Shown piece after piece: positions 56,079 to 64,000 of a stretch of 64,000 nucleotides of DNA (its first letter is position 1; each line of letters begins with the position of its first letter). Where the stretch lies: NCBI GenBank assembly GCA_021513695.1, contig CP084166.1, forward strand, positions 2,688,001 to 2,752,000, in the 5' to 3' direction. The notes under the pieces are model-generated. The model saw nothing but the letters and a program-made list of their open reading frames with translations, ran no database searches and was not told where the DNA came from. The stretch is from Candidatus Heimdallarchaeum aukensis. GTDB lineage: Archaea > Asgardarchaeota > Heimdallarchaeia > Heimdallarchaeales > Heimdallarchaeaceae. Position numbers and translations under genes: made by a program.

Positions 56079-59021
56079 TTAGTTAGTTTTAGCGAAAACA
56101 AGACCTTTTTTCTTGAGTAATAGCAGTATTACTGTAATAAGACCAATGCCGCCCACTGCAGCTAGAGGAATAATATACATTAATGGATTAATTTCTTTTT
56201 CTACACTGTAATTTATTTCAAATATTTCAGTTTCTGTAGTTAAAGATGAGTCATCAGTTGCACTTATCTTGAAAATTAAGGTTCCTGATTTTTTGGGTAA
56301 TTCTATGTCAAAGAAGTAACAATCTGTCTCATTGTTGTAAAGCATTGTTTCAACCATCCATTCATCTTCTGTAGCAAATTTGTAAGAAAACAGGACATTT
56401 GTTATATTTCCATCATCGGTCACATTAGCTCTGATTCTTATCGCTTTTTCTTCTAGGACTAAAGGAGAAGAGAATGACGTATCTAACACGATAATTATTG
56501 GAGCTAAAGCTTTTGTAAACTCTATAATGGTAATATTAGATTCTGAAGAAAATCCAGCAAGATCATATGCTCTTACTTTGTATGTCAAGTTCCCTGAAGA
56601 AATAATGACCGGTATCGAAACTGTGTATAAAGATATAGAAGAGTCATATTTCATTGAAAGTATTTTCCAATCGCTTTCTTCATCAAATGTGTAATAAACT
56701 TCTACTGTAAGTAATCCTCCTTTATCTGTGACATTTGCTTGAACTTCAATATCATAACCCCCAGCTAGGTCAAGAGGACTTGTAATAGGAATTAGACTAA
56801 TATTTGGAGCTAATCCATCTGAATAATAACTAAAGGTAGAACTATTAACTGAGTTATCTAATGCGTCAGTTAAGGTAATATAAAATAGAACATCTGTATC
56901 CATATTTGTTCTGGGGATAGTAGAAATAAATTCATAACCTATTGGAATAGTATAATGCTTTAATACAATCTCATAATTTATTACAGAACCAGAATATAAA
57001 TCAGAATAATCTGTAATTTTTAGAGTGAAATTAGCTTCTGTGAAGTCAGATTGAGTTAACCCAAGTTCTAGTAAGTCGATGCTTAAAGTAAAACTTGTTG
57101 GTCTAGTTTCTCTATCAAAAATCAAAAATTCTCTTCCATCATCTAATTCTAACCAGATTCTAATATCTGCAGATTTCTCGTGAGTGATGTCAACGTTTAG
57201 TGTTGCTTCTGATACTCCTCCTCCTCTTTCAACATTTAAAGTTACAAGTGTTGTACTATTGTCTTCAATTAAGGCAGGTAAGTCTACAGCAGTAAAAGTT
57301 TCCATATAATCCATAAAAGAATTGTAGTTTATGACATAGGATATTGTGTTGTTCCACGTTATTCCTCCATCTGTACTATACCAAACAACAGAAGTTTTAA
57401 GGTCTGTGTAGTCGGTCGCATTAAATAACACTTGGACATCGGTAATATTTGAGATTACTGGGGGGTTAACAAGTAGTTTGCCCAAAATAGGTGCTGCACC
57501 ATCAGCATAATAGAAGTTGACTGAAGTGTTCCCCACATTGTCAAAAAAGTCATAAGTTTCAAAGAAGTACTCAACAAACGTTGTTTCGTTTGTTTCAGGT
57601 AGAATAACTGTAAAAGTTGTGGGGGATGTTCCTTCTTCTATTGGCGTTGTATTGACCATCTGTTTTCTTAAGAAAGTTGTTCCGTTAGGCATTGAGTATA
57701 AAATATCAACTCTTTTTGTTCCTGAAGGGTCAACAAATTTTGCAGTAATATTAACTTCTGAACTTGTTAATGTTACATTTTCTATTCCTGGAATAGATAT
57801 TCCGCCATAAATTGAAATTGAATTTACTCTGGGATTCATGTTATCTACTATGGCGGTTTTTAATCCAGATGATCCCTCTCTTCCTTTTTTAGAGTCAACT
57901 ATATCTGAAGCATTTATCATGTATAGAAGATTAGCTTCTACATTAGAAATATCGTCTATTTGAAGTGTTGTACGGTAACTTGCCGCTGTACTACTTAAAT
58001 CTGTCAAATATTCAAAGTTTTGCGATTTATAGTCTTCCTCACCTTCAATCTTATAGTATAAAGTTACACTAGTATCATTAATCGTTTCTACTCCATCATA
58101 ATCCGTAACTGTGACATTAAATACAAAACCAGTGTCTGCATTAATAACTGTTGGTACTTCATGAATGGTAATCTTGGGGGTCCAATCCATAAGAAATGTG
58201 TATGTTTCACTGGTCATTGAATTATTGAATAGATCAAACGAGGTAACATAATATTCAACCCAAGTGGGAGTGTTAGTTGTGACGCTAGGTGGAGTTATAT
58301 CTCCACTAAAATATTCTTCATATATACGCAAGTAATTAAATACTGGGTCATTTACATTAGGATGATCTCCAATATGTGTGATCGCAAATATCTTATATCC
58401 TAATACAGATTCTGTGCTATCATAATCTACAGGAAATGGTGAAACTTCTTCTGTCCCTCCATATGATCCATCAATATATCTTTGTTCCCATGTTTCTGAA
58501 GTAATATTAAAGGCTTCAATTGAGACATAGACAAGATTGTTACGACTTGTTTCCTTATCAATTGAGCAATATATTCTCTTTATTACATCTCCTTCATTAG
58601 CTATGAAAATGTATTCACCATATCTCCATTCTGTTTTATCATTCGTTTTGATTCCAGTGTCAGTTATGTATCCTGTTGATTCAAACTCTGTCTCATCCAC
58701 AACTAGTTGTAAATCTCTACTCATCGAAGCGTTAAACAAAGTATCGTTTAGTGAAATATACTTCCACCACAGAGTAGCATTCCTTATTTCATCTGAATCA
58801 CTTATTGTCAAAGAAACCGTTGCTGTTTCATTGCTATTTGGAGCATCAGGACTAACCTGTGGTGTTCCGAAGAAACTATATTCTGAACTGAATTTTATAG
58901 GTGTTTCTCTGTCTAAAGTTCGGTTTGAAGATAAGTAAATATTCAGCGATACTTCTACACTAGCAGTTATTAAGACAGCTGTAATTAAAATAATTTGGCT
59001 AAATTTCTTTAATTCTTTCAT
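56079..59021 (-). CDS. Large secreted surface protein (980 aa) with repeated Ig/beta-sandwich-like modules and a C-terminal TM anchor
   Basis: N-terminal signal 'IILITAVLITASVEVSL'. Many N-x-S/T sequons. C-terminal 'PLMYIIPLAAVGGIGLITVILLLLKKKG'. Confidence 0.6.
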   Translation of the reverse strand: MKELKKFSQIILITAVLITASVEVSLNIYLSSNRTLDRETPIKFSSEYSFFGTPQVSPDAPNSNETATVSLTISDSDEIRNATLWWKYISLNDTLFNASMSRDLQLVVDETEFESTGYITDTGIKTNDKTEWRYGEYIFIANEGDVIKRIYCSIDKETSRNNLVYVSIEAFNITSETWEQRYIDGSYGGTEEVSPFPVDYDSTESVLGYKIFAITHIGDHPNVNDPVFNYLRIYEEYFSGDITPPSVTTNTPTWVEYYVTSFDLFNNSMTSETYTFLMDWTPKITIHEVPTVINADTGFVFNVTVTDYDGVETINDTSVTLYYKIEGEEDYKSQNFEYLTDLSSTAASYRTTLQIDDISNVEANLLYMINASDIVDSKKGREGSSGLKTAIVDNMNPRVNSISIYGGISIPGIENVTLTSSEVNITAKFVDPSGTKRVDILYSMPNGTTFLRKQMVNTTPIEEGTSPTTFTVILPETNETTFVEYFFETYDFFDNVGNTSVNFYYADGAAPILGKLLVNPPVISNITDVQVLFNATDYTDLKTSVVWYSTDGGITWNNTISYVINYNSFMDYMETFTAVDLPALIEDNSTTLVTLNVERGGGVSEATLNVDITHEKSADIRIWLELDDGREFLIFDRETRPTSFTLSIDLLELGLTQSDFTEANFTLKITDYSDLYSGSVINYEIVLKHYTIPIGYEFISTIPRTNMDTDVLFYITLTDALDNSVNSSTFSYYSDGLAPNISLIPITSPLDLAGGYDIEVQANVTDKGGLLTVEVYYTFDEESDWKILSMKYDSSISLYTVSIPVIISSGNLTYKVRAYDLAGFSSESNITIIEFTKALAPIIIVLDTSFSSPLVLEEKAIRIRANVTDDGNITNVLFSYKFATEDEWMVETMLYNNETDCYFFDIELPKKSGTLIFKISATDDSSLTTETEIFEINYSVEKEINPLMYIIPLAAVGGIGLITVILLLLKKKGLVFAKTN

Positions 59022-59297
59022 TATTTTAACCTTTTATAGTTTACTAGTACATAGTTACTTTTCTTACATATATAAGGTAACTTCTCCAAAAAAGTAAAGT
59101 TTGTCTCTTAAACGAAGAAAAATAAGTAAAGTGGAATAATTCCTTAAAAAACTAGTATATTTTTATTTTCTAATTAAAGTAAATTATTAATAAGATTACT
59201 ATCTTTCAAAAAAGTTATAAAGTTCTGTAGTTTTTACGTTTATAACAAGGTAAAGCATTAAGATAAACTTATGCAAATGAAAATTTAAAGTGATTTT

Positions 59298-60347
59298 ATG
59301 AGTGTAAGAGCACCGGAAGATATTCTACTAGAAGTAAAAGGCTTAAAAACCTACTTCTTTACAGAAGAAGGAGTAGTGAAAGCTATAGAATCAATTAATT
59401 TTGTTGTTTATAAATCAGAAACATTAGGGCTAGTAGGAGAATCTGGATCTGGAAAAAGTGTAACTGCTCTAAGCATCTTAGGAATAGTACCGGACCCACC
59501 GGGAAAAGTCCTTGAAGGTGAAGTTATTTTCCATGGTCAAGATTTACGTAAATTAAGCCCTGCTGAAATGCGCAAAATCAGAGGAAACCAGATTGCCCAA
59601 GTATTTCAAGATCCAATGACCTCTTTGAACCCTGTTTTCACTGTTGGAGACCAAATCGGAGAAGCTATTATTCTTCATCAACAAGTTTCAAGGAAGGAAG
59701 CTAGAGAAAAAGCTATCAAAATTATGTCTCTTGTTGGTATTCCTTCTGCAGATGAACGTGTTGATAACTATCCCTTTGAGTTCTCAGGAGGTATGCGCCA
59801 AAGAGTTATGATTGCTATGGCTCTCAGTTGTAATCCTGAGCTTCTCATCGCAGACGAACCTACAACAGCTTTAGACGTAACTATTCAAGCTCAAATTCTC
59901 GAGCTTCTAAAAGCAACCAGTGAAGAGTTCGACATGAGTATTATTCTTATTACACATGATATGGGTGTTATTGCAGAGATGTGTGATCGTGTAGCAGTCA
60001 TGTATGCAGGGTATATTGCTGAAGTTAGCGACATAATGACTATTTTCAAGTCTCCTTTGCATCCTTATACCAAAGGTTTGCTCGGAGCTATTCCTCGTCC
60101 TGATGCGAAAAGAGAAGACTTGACGATTATTAGAGGAAGTATTCCTAATCTTATTAATCCTCCATCTGGATGTCGTTTCCATCCTCGATGTGATTACTGG
60201 ATTAAAGGCTTATGTGAAGTGAAAGTTCCTGAGTTTATAGAAATTGAACCAGGACATGAATTAATGTGCCACTTATACACTGAAGAAGGTAAAGCTTATC
60301 TGGAAGCTCACAAAGACCACCCCAGAATATCTTATGCAGCAAAGTAG
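59298..60347 (+). CDS. oppD: Oligopeptide ABC transporter ATPase (OppD/DppD-like)
   Basis: Walker A 'GESGSGKS', signature 'FSGGMRQR', Walker B '[12 protein letters not shown]', and a C-terminal oligopeptide-ABC 'GCRFHPRC' motif. Confidence 0.85.
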   Translation: MSVRAPEDILLEVKGLKTYFFTEEGVVKAIESINFVVYKSETLGLVGESGSGKSVTALSILGIVPDPPGKVLEGEVIFHGQDLRKLSPAEMRKIRGNQIAQVFQDPMTSLNPVFTVGDQIGEAIILHQQVSRKEAREKAIKIMSLVGIPSADERVDNYPFEFSGGMRQRVMIAMALSCNPELLIADEPTTALDVTIQAQILELLKATSEEFDMSIILITHDMGVIAEMCDRVAVMYAGYIAEVSDIMTIFKSPLHPYTKGLLGAIPRPDAKREDLTIIRGSIPNLINPPSGCRFHPRCDYWIKGLCEVKVPEFIEIEPGHELMCHLYTEEGKAYLEAHKDHPRISYAAK

Positions 60348-60358
60348 GTGAATAAAGA

Positions 60359-61564
60359 ATGTCAACACCATCTATTATAGAAAAATTACAAGCAAAAAAA
60401 GGAAAAGATGCAAGAATTAAAACTAAAGAACTCGAGGAAGATGTTGTTCTCGAAGTTGAAAATTTAGCTAAATACTTTAAAATCCCTAATCCTATGGATA
60501 CAACTTGGTTCTTAGTTGCTTTTGTAGCCTCATTAGTAATATTCGCATTTTTCAAAATTATTGGACTTATTCTTATAGGATTGATTATTCTAGCTTATTT
60601 CATTATACCTTATATTCCACCATTCAATAAAAGACCAAAATTTGTTTATCTGAAAGCAGTTGATGGTCTAAACCTTAAAATTAGAAAACAAAAAATTGTA
60701 GGTCTTGTAGGAGAAAGTGGATGTGGAAAGAGTACAGCAGCTAGAACTATTTTACGTCTTCTCGAACCAACCAAAGGTTCTGTTTATTTCAGGGGTATAG
60801 ACATCAACAGATTAACTTCTGATGAATTAAAAGAAATGAGAAGATATATGCAGATAGTGTTTCAAGATCCTTATGCCAGTCTTAACCCAAGAGCAACAGC
60901 TTTTGATATTATATCTGAACCATATATCATTCATGGAGTAGCTTCTGGAGACGAAATAAGTATTAATGTTCTCAGATTGTTAAAGGAAGTAGGATTAGCT
61001 CCTCACCACGCTTACAGATATCCTCATGAGTTCTCTGGTGGTCAAAGACAAAGAATAGGAATTGCTCGTGCTTTAGCTTTAGAGCCTGATTTCATCATCA
61101 TGGACGAACCTGTAAGTAACTTAGACGTTTCTGTAAGAGCAGCAATTATTCAACTAATTCTAAAATTACAACAAAAAATGGGTTTGACTTATCTATTTAT
61201 TGCTCATGATCTTGCACTAGTTCGTATCCTCTGTGATGAAGTAAATGTTATGTATCTCGGAAAACTAATGGAAGCTGGAACAAGCGATGAAATCTTCGAG
61301 GATATGAAGCATCCTTATACAAAAGCTTTAGTTTCTGCAGTTCCAATAGCTGACCCAACAAAAAGATCTAAGAAAATATTCTTACAAGGAGATATTCCTA
61401 CACCAATTAATCCTCCACCAGGTTGCCGTTTCCAAACTCGATGTCCTCTTGTGAGTGACATCTGTCGAGCTGAAGATCCTAAACCTAAATATTTCAGTAA
61501 AACACATGTTGTATATTGCCACAATGTTGAGGGTGGAGAAGATTCTCCAAACGCTTTTGAATAA
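60359..61564 (+). CDS. oppF: Oligopeptide ABC transporter ATPase (OppF/DppF-like) carrying a hydrophobic insertion of about 40 aa ahead of the Walker A motif
   Basis: Walker A 'GESGCGKST', 'FSGGQRQR', 'IIMDEPVSNLD' and 'GCRFQTRCP'. The inserted segment is 'TTWFLVAFVASLVIFAFFKIIGLILIGLIILAYFIIPYIPPF'. Confidence 0.8.
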   Translation: MSTPSIIEKLQAKKGKDARIKTKELEEDVVLEVENLAKYFKIPNPMDTTWFLVAFVASLVIFAFFKIIGLILIGLIILAYFIIPYIPPFNKRPKFVYLKAVDGLNLKIRKQKIVGLVGESGCGKSTAARTILRLLEPTKGSVYFRGIDINRLTSDELKEMRRYMQIVFQDPYASLNPRATAFDIISEPYIIHGVASGDEISINVLRLLKEVGLAPHHAYRYPHEFSGGQRQRIGIARALALEPDFIIMDEPVSNLDVSVRAAIIQLILKLQQKMGLTYLFIAHDLALVRILCDEVNVMYLGKLMEAGTSDEIFEDMKHPYTKALVSAVPIADPTKRSKKIFLQGDIPTPINPPPGCRFQTRCPLVSDICRAEDPKPKYFSKTHVVYCHNVEGGEDSPNAFE

Positions 61565-61653
61565 AACTTTCTTTTTTCCTTTTCAACCTTTTTTAAATAT
61601 AGCATAATTCTTATATTACTTATTATTATATTTCAATTGTTAAAATAAAATGC

Positions 61654-62421
61654 TTGGTGACCAAGTCAATGAGTAAGGTAAATGTACAAACAGCTCTAAA
61701 TAATATTGAAAGAATAAAGTCAGAATTAGAAGAATTAACTCAATTAGTTGTTGGGTTGAAAGAAGATCTTAATTATTCTGTAGAAAATAGTAAAAATTCA
61801 TTGTCAAGTATACTAAAAAAAATAGAAGAGAAAAGTGAAAATATAACCAATCTTGAAAATTCTAGAAAAGAATTACAACGTCAAATTAGCGAAAAAACTG
61901 GTGAATTAAACGAAAAGACATCAAAGAAGGATATTTTGGCCTCTGAAATACAAAGTAAAAGGCAAGACTTAGAAAAGCTTAATTCTGTCATTCTCACAGA
62001 AGAAAAGAATAAAACAGAACTGCAAACCGAAACAGTTGGAAAAGAGGAGAAGTTACAATCACTTAACAGAAAAATAGAAGAGAATCAAGTCTTAATTGAA
62101 GCAACAAAAGAAGAAACAGAGAAAGAAATTTTAGCCAAGAATCAAGAACTTATGAAATTAAGTGATGAAAAAGATAAAATTATTTCAAGAGCTAAAGCGC
62201 TAAAATATCTCCTGAAGAAAAACATTATCAGCTTACCAGAGATCAATGTAATCAGAAGTCTAAATGTACCAGGAGTAGATACTGAAGAAAACATTAGAAA
62301 AACTTCTGGCGTTTCTGACCAGATTGTAAGGAAAATTTTGATGGATCTGGATGAGAGAGGAATTATAACCTATGAAACATTATCGGGGAAGGTGCAAAAA
62401 CTAACTAGAATAGATATTTAG
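61654..62421 (+). CDS. Coiled-coil protein with a C-terminal winged-helix domain (paralog 1 of a tandem pair). TTG start as listed; an ATG at ~61669 is an alternative.
   Basis: About 190 aa of heptad K/E/L/Q-rich sequence, then 'SGVSDQIVRKILMDLDERGIITYETLSGKVQKLTRI'. Confidence 0.45.
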   Translation: MVTKSMSKVNVQTALNNIERIKSELEELTQLVVGLKEDLNYSVENSKNSLSSILKKIEEKSENITNLENSRKELQRQISEKTGELNEKTSKKDILASEIQSKRQDLEKLNSVILTEEKNKTELQTETVGKEEKLQSLNRKIEENQVLIEATKEETEKEILAKNQELMKLSDEKDKIISRAKALKYLLKKNIISLPEINVIRSLNVPGVDTEENIRKTSGVSDQIVRKILMDLDERGIITYETLSGKVQKLTRIDI

Positions 62422-62432
62422 GAGGAATAAGA

Positions 62433-63197
62433 ATGCAAGAAGTTGAACAACTTAGGTCTCATTTAGACAGAATTAGAGAATCAATAGACAACTTGAGCAA
62501 TAAGCTCAATAATAAAATCAATACAATTCGTTCTATTTCTTCTTCTACTGATGAAGAAATAAATGTAATTCCTGGATTCTTCGAAGAACTAGAAAAAAAA
62601 GAAAATGAACTAAATGAAGAAATCAAAAAACTAAAAGAAGACCTTCAAAATTTAGTAGATAATATACAAAAAACTGAAGAAGAAATCTCTCTCAATGAGG
62701 TTGAACTACAGAAGTTAAAAGAAAAAGAAAATGAAAAAAGAGAAGAGAAAGATAAGATTATTTCTGAAATAGCTGAGTTGAAAAACAAGAATATTCTTTT
62801 AGATACTCAAATAGAGGAAAAAACAAAAGAACTTGAAACATTAACAGAACAATATTCACAAGTACAAATTAATTCAAAACAACAGATAGAAGAACTAACA
62901 GCAAAAATTAGCGCACTTGAAGAGGAACTAAAGAAAGCGAAAGAAGATAATAAACTTATAGTTTACTTGATGGACGCAGGATTGATGGATGTTCCTGAAG
63001 CTGAAATAATCTCGGTAATTGCAGCAAGTACTGATGGATTAACATTAAACGAAATAAAGGAAAAAGTTTCTATCCCTAGCGTAAGAGTACAACCTACACT
63101 AAATAATTTACTTGAAAAAGTCTTAACTTATGATGCAAGAAGAGAGAAATACCAGATTAGTTCAATAGTACAAGAAGAAATGAACAATAGATCCTAA
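62433..63197 (+). CDS. Coiled-coil protein with a C-terminal winged-helix domain (paralog 2). Preceded by 'ggagg' 7 nt upstream.
   Basis: Long coiled coil, then 'STDGLTLNEIKEKVSIPSVRVQPTLNNLLEKVLTYDARREKYQI'. Confidence 0.45.
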   Translation: MQEVEQLRSHLDRIRESIDNLSNKLNNKINTIRSISSSTDEEINVIPGFFEELEKKENELNEEIKKLKEDLQNLVDNIQKTEEEISLNEVELQKLKEKENEKREEKDKIISEIAELKNKNILLDTQIEEKTKELETLTEQYSQVQINSKQQIEELTAKISALEEELKKAKEDNKLIVYLMDAGLMDVPEAEIISVIAASTDGLTLNEIKEKVSIPSVRVQPTLNNLLEKVLTYDARREKYQISSIVQEEMNNRS

Positions 63198-63222
63198 AAT
63201 TCTATTGTTCATTAAACTTTAT

Positions 63223-64000
63223 TCATTTTTTCTTAGATTCAAAATTCTTCTTTATTTCATAATAATCTTTATTGTTAAAAGGACAGACCTTTAAACATAT
63301 GCTACATCCGTATTCATTAGTAAAATGTGGCATACATTTTTCCTGTATAATATGAGTTATTCTTCCTGAGCTGTGAATAATTGGTTCATCTAGAATTGCT
63401 TTACCTGGGCAAGAACGAATACATTTTCTACATTTTTTACAATAATCCTCTATCCAAGAGTGCTTATTCTCTTTCGCAAAAGGTAAATTTTCAATATTTG
63501 TATATATTGCTGATATTCTAAATCTAGGACCAAACTCAGGAGAAATCATTAATCCGGAGTAACCGATCCAAGCTAATCCCGCAGCTTGTGCTAAAGGTGG
63601 ATATAGAGAAATCCCTCCTAAAGGGTGTCCTGCATGAGCTGAAAAGCCTAGCTTTCTTAAATATTTAGTTAATTTGTTTGTTAAGATGCCAAGTTTGTTA
63701 TAAGTGTGCATTACTTCTTTAATTGCTTTAAAGCTGGGGGATGTATCCATTTTTTCTTTATTCATTTCCATTCCTAAAACAATAGCATTTTTGTACAAAA
63801 CGCATTTTTCCTTGAAAATGTTTTGTGGTTCTACTTTTGCATAACCAATGAGGTCAATACCTATCTGTTTTGCATAATTTTCAACATCTTTTAATTCTGC
63901 TTTTGTAATTCTTTTCTTAGGATTAGAAGGGTTCTTCTTTAATGTATCAATTGCCTTGTGTAAATTAATTACATTAGAAATTACTATTGGAGATAAACGA
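63223..64000 (-). CDS. QueG-like Fe-S oxidoreductase (DUF1730 + 2x[4Fe-4S]; epoxyqueuosine-reductase family). The reading frame stays open to the window edge, so the N-terminus is uncertain or partial.
   Basis: 'CKKCRKCIRSCP...CSICLKVCPF'. By hand, the frame upstream of the listed TTG start continues without stops ('...KRITKAELKDVENYAKQIGIDLIGYAKVEPQNIFKEKCVLYKNAIVLG') and resembles the QueG N-terminus. Confidence 0.5.
   Translation of the reverse strand, partial: RLSPIVISNVINLHKAIDTLKKNPSNPKKRITKAELKDVENYAKQIGIDLIGYAKVEPQNIFKEKCVLYKNAIVLGMEMNKEKMDTSPSFKAIKEVMHTYNKLGILTNKLTKYLRKLGFSAHAGHPLGGISLYPPLAQAAGLAWIGYSGLMISPEFGPRFRISAIYTNIENLPFAKENKHSWIEDYCKKCRKCIRSCPGKAILDEPIIHSSGRITHIIQEKCMPHFTNEYGCSICLKVCPFNNKDYYEIKKNFESKKK

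Noticed and set aside
1-64000. Searched for a CRISPR array, rRNA/tRNA genes, integrase/transposase, toxin-antitoxin pairs or a recognisable defence operon
   Set aside because: No regularly spaced direct repeats with unique spacers, no rRNA-like GC-rich blocks, no tRNA cloverleaf candidates, and no integrase, transposase, nuclease or NTPase defence signatures in any long ORF. The only mobile-like signals are the 95-bp direct repeats and the tandem duplication, which are reported as repeats.

Overview
This window comes from a very AT-rich (roughly 30% GC) archaeal chromosome. The archaeal assignment rests on a thermosome subunit, RadA recombinase, TATA-binding protein, ribosomal protein eS25, histidyl-tRNA synthetase and a leaderless/Shine-Dalgarno gene organisation. 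A Rag/Gtr-type small GTPase, HEAT-repeat proteins and the low GC make an Asgard (Lokiarchaeia-like) origin plausible, but that is inference only.

Much of the content fits a peptide-fermenting anaerobe. There are two secreted endopeptidases (an S8 subtilisin and a caspase-family C14 peptidase), C69 and M20 peptidases, and an Opp-type oligopeptide ABC importer whose genes are split (oppBC ... oppDF). There are also two tungsten/molybdopterin aldehyde:ferredoxin oxidoreductases (AORs), an iron alcohol dehydrogenase, a fused FAD/Fe-S D-lactate/glycolate-type dehydrogenase, and MOSC plus MoaD-like proteins. Core metabolism is represented by SHMT, MTA phosphorylase and a MetY/MetB-type PLP enzyme.

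The observations most worth a second look are listed here, followed by features with no evidence.
- The second AOR (53557..55935) is fused to a C-terminal SCP2 sterol-carrier domain and sits next to the Fe-ADH.
- A roughly 13-kb island separates oppBC from oppDF. It carries approximately 95-bp direct repeats flanking a 4.1-kb ABC-2/HEAT-repeat module.
- The island also carries a roughly 480-bp tandem duplication that left an ADH 3' pseudogene fragment.
- A Rag-like GTPase (42864..43844) carries a C-terminal extension.
- Three coiled-coil + winged-helix proteins are present, two of them as a tandem pair.
- The OppF-like ATPase carries a hydrophobic hairpin insertion.
- A C/D-box sRNA candidate lies in a non-coding gap.
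- A ferredoxin-like ORF without a canonical start codon is missing from the ORF track.
- No CRISPR array, rRNA, tRNA, integrase or transposase could be supported from the sequence.
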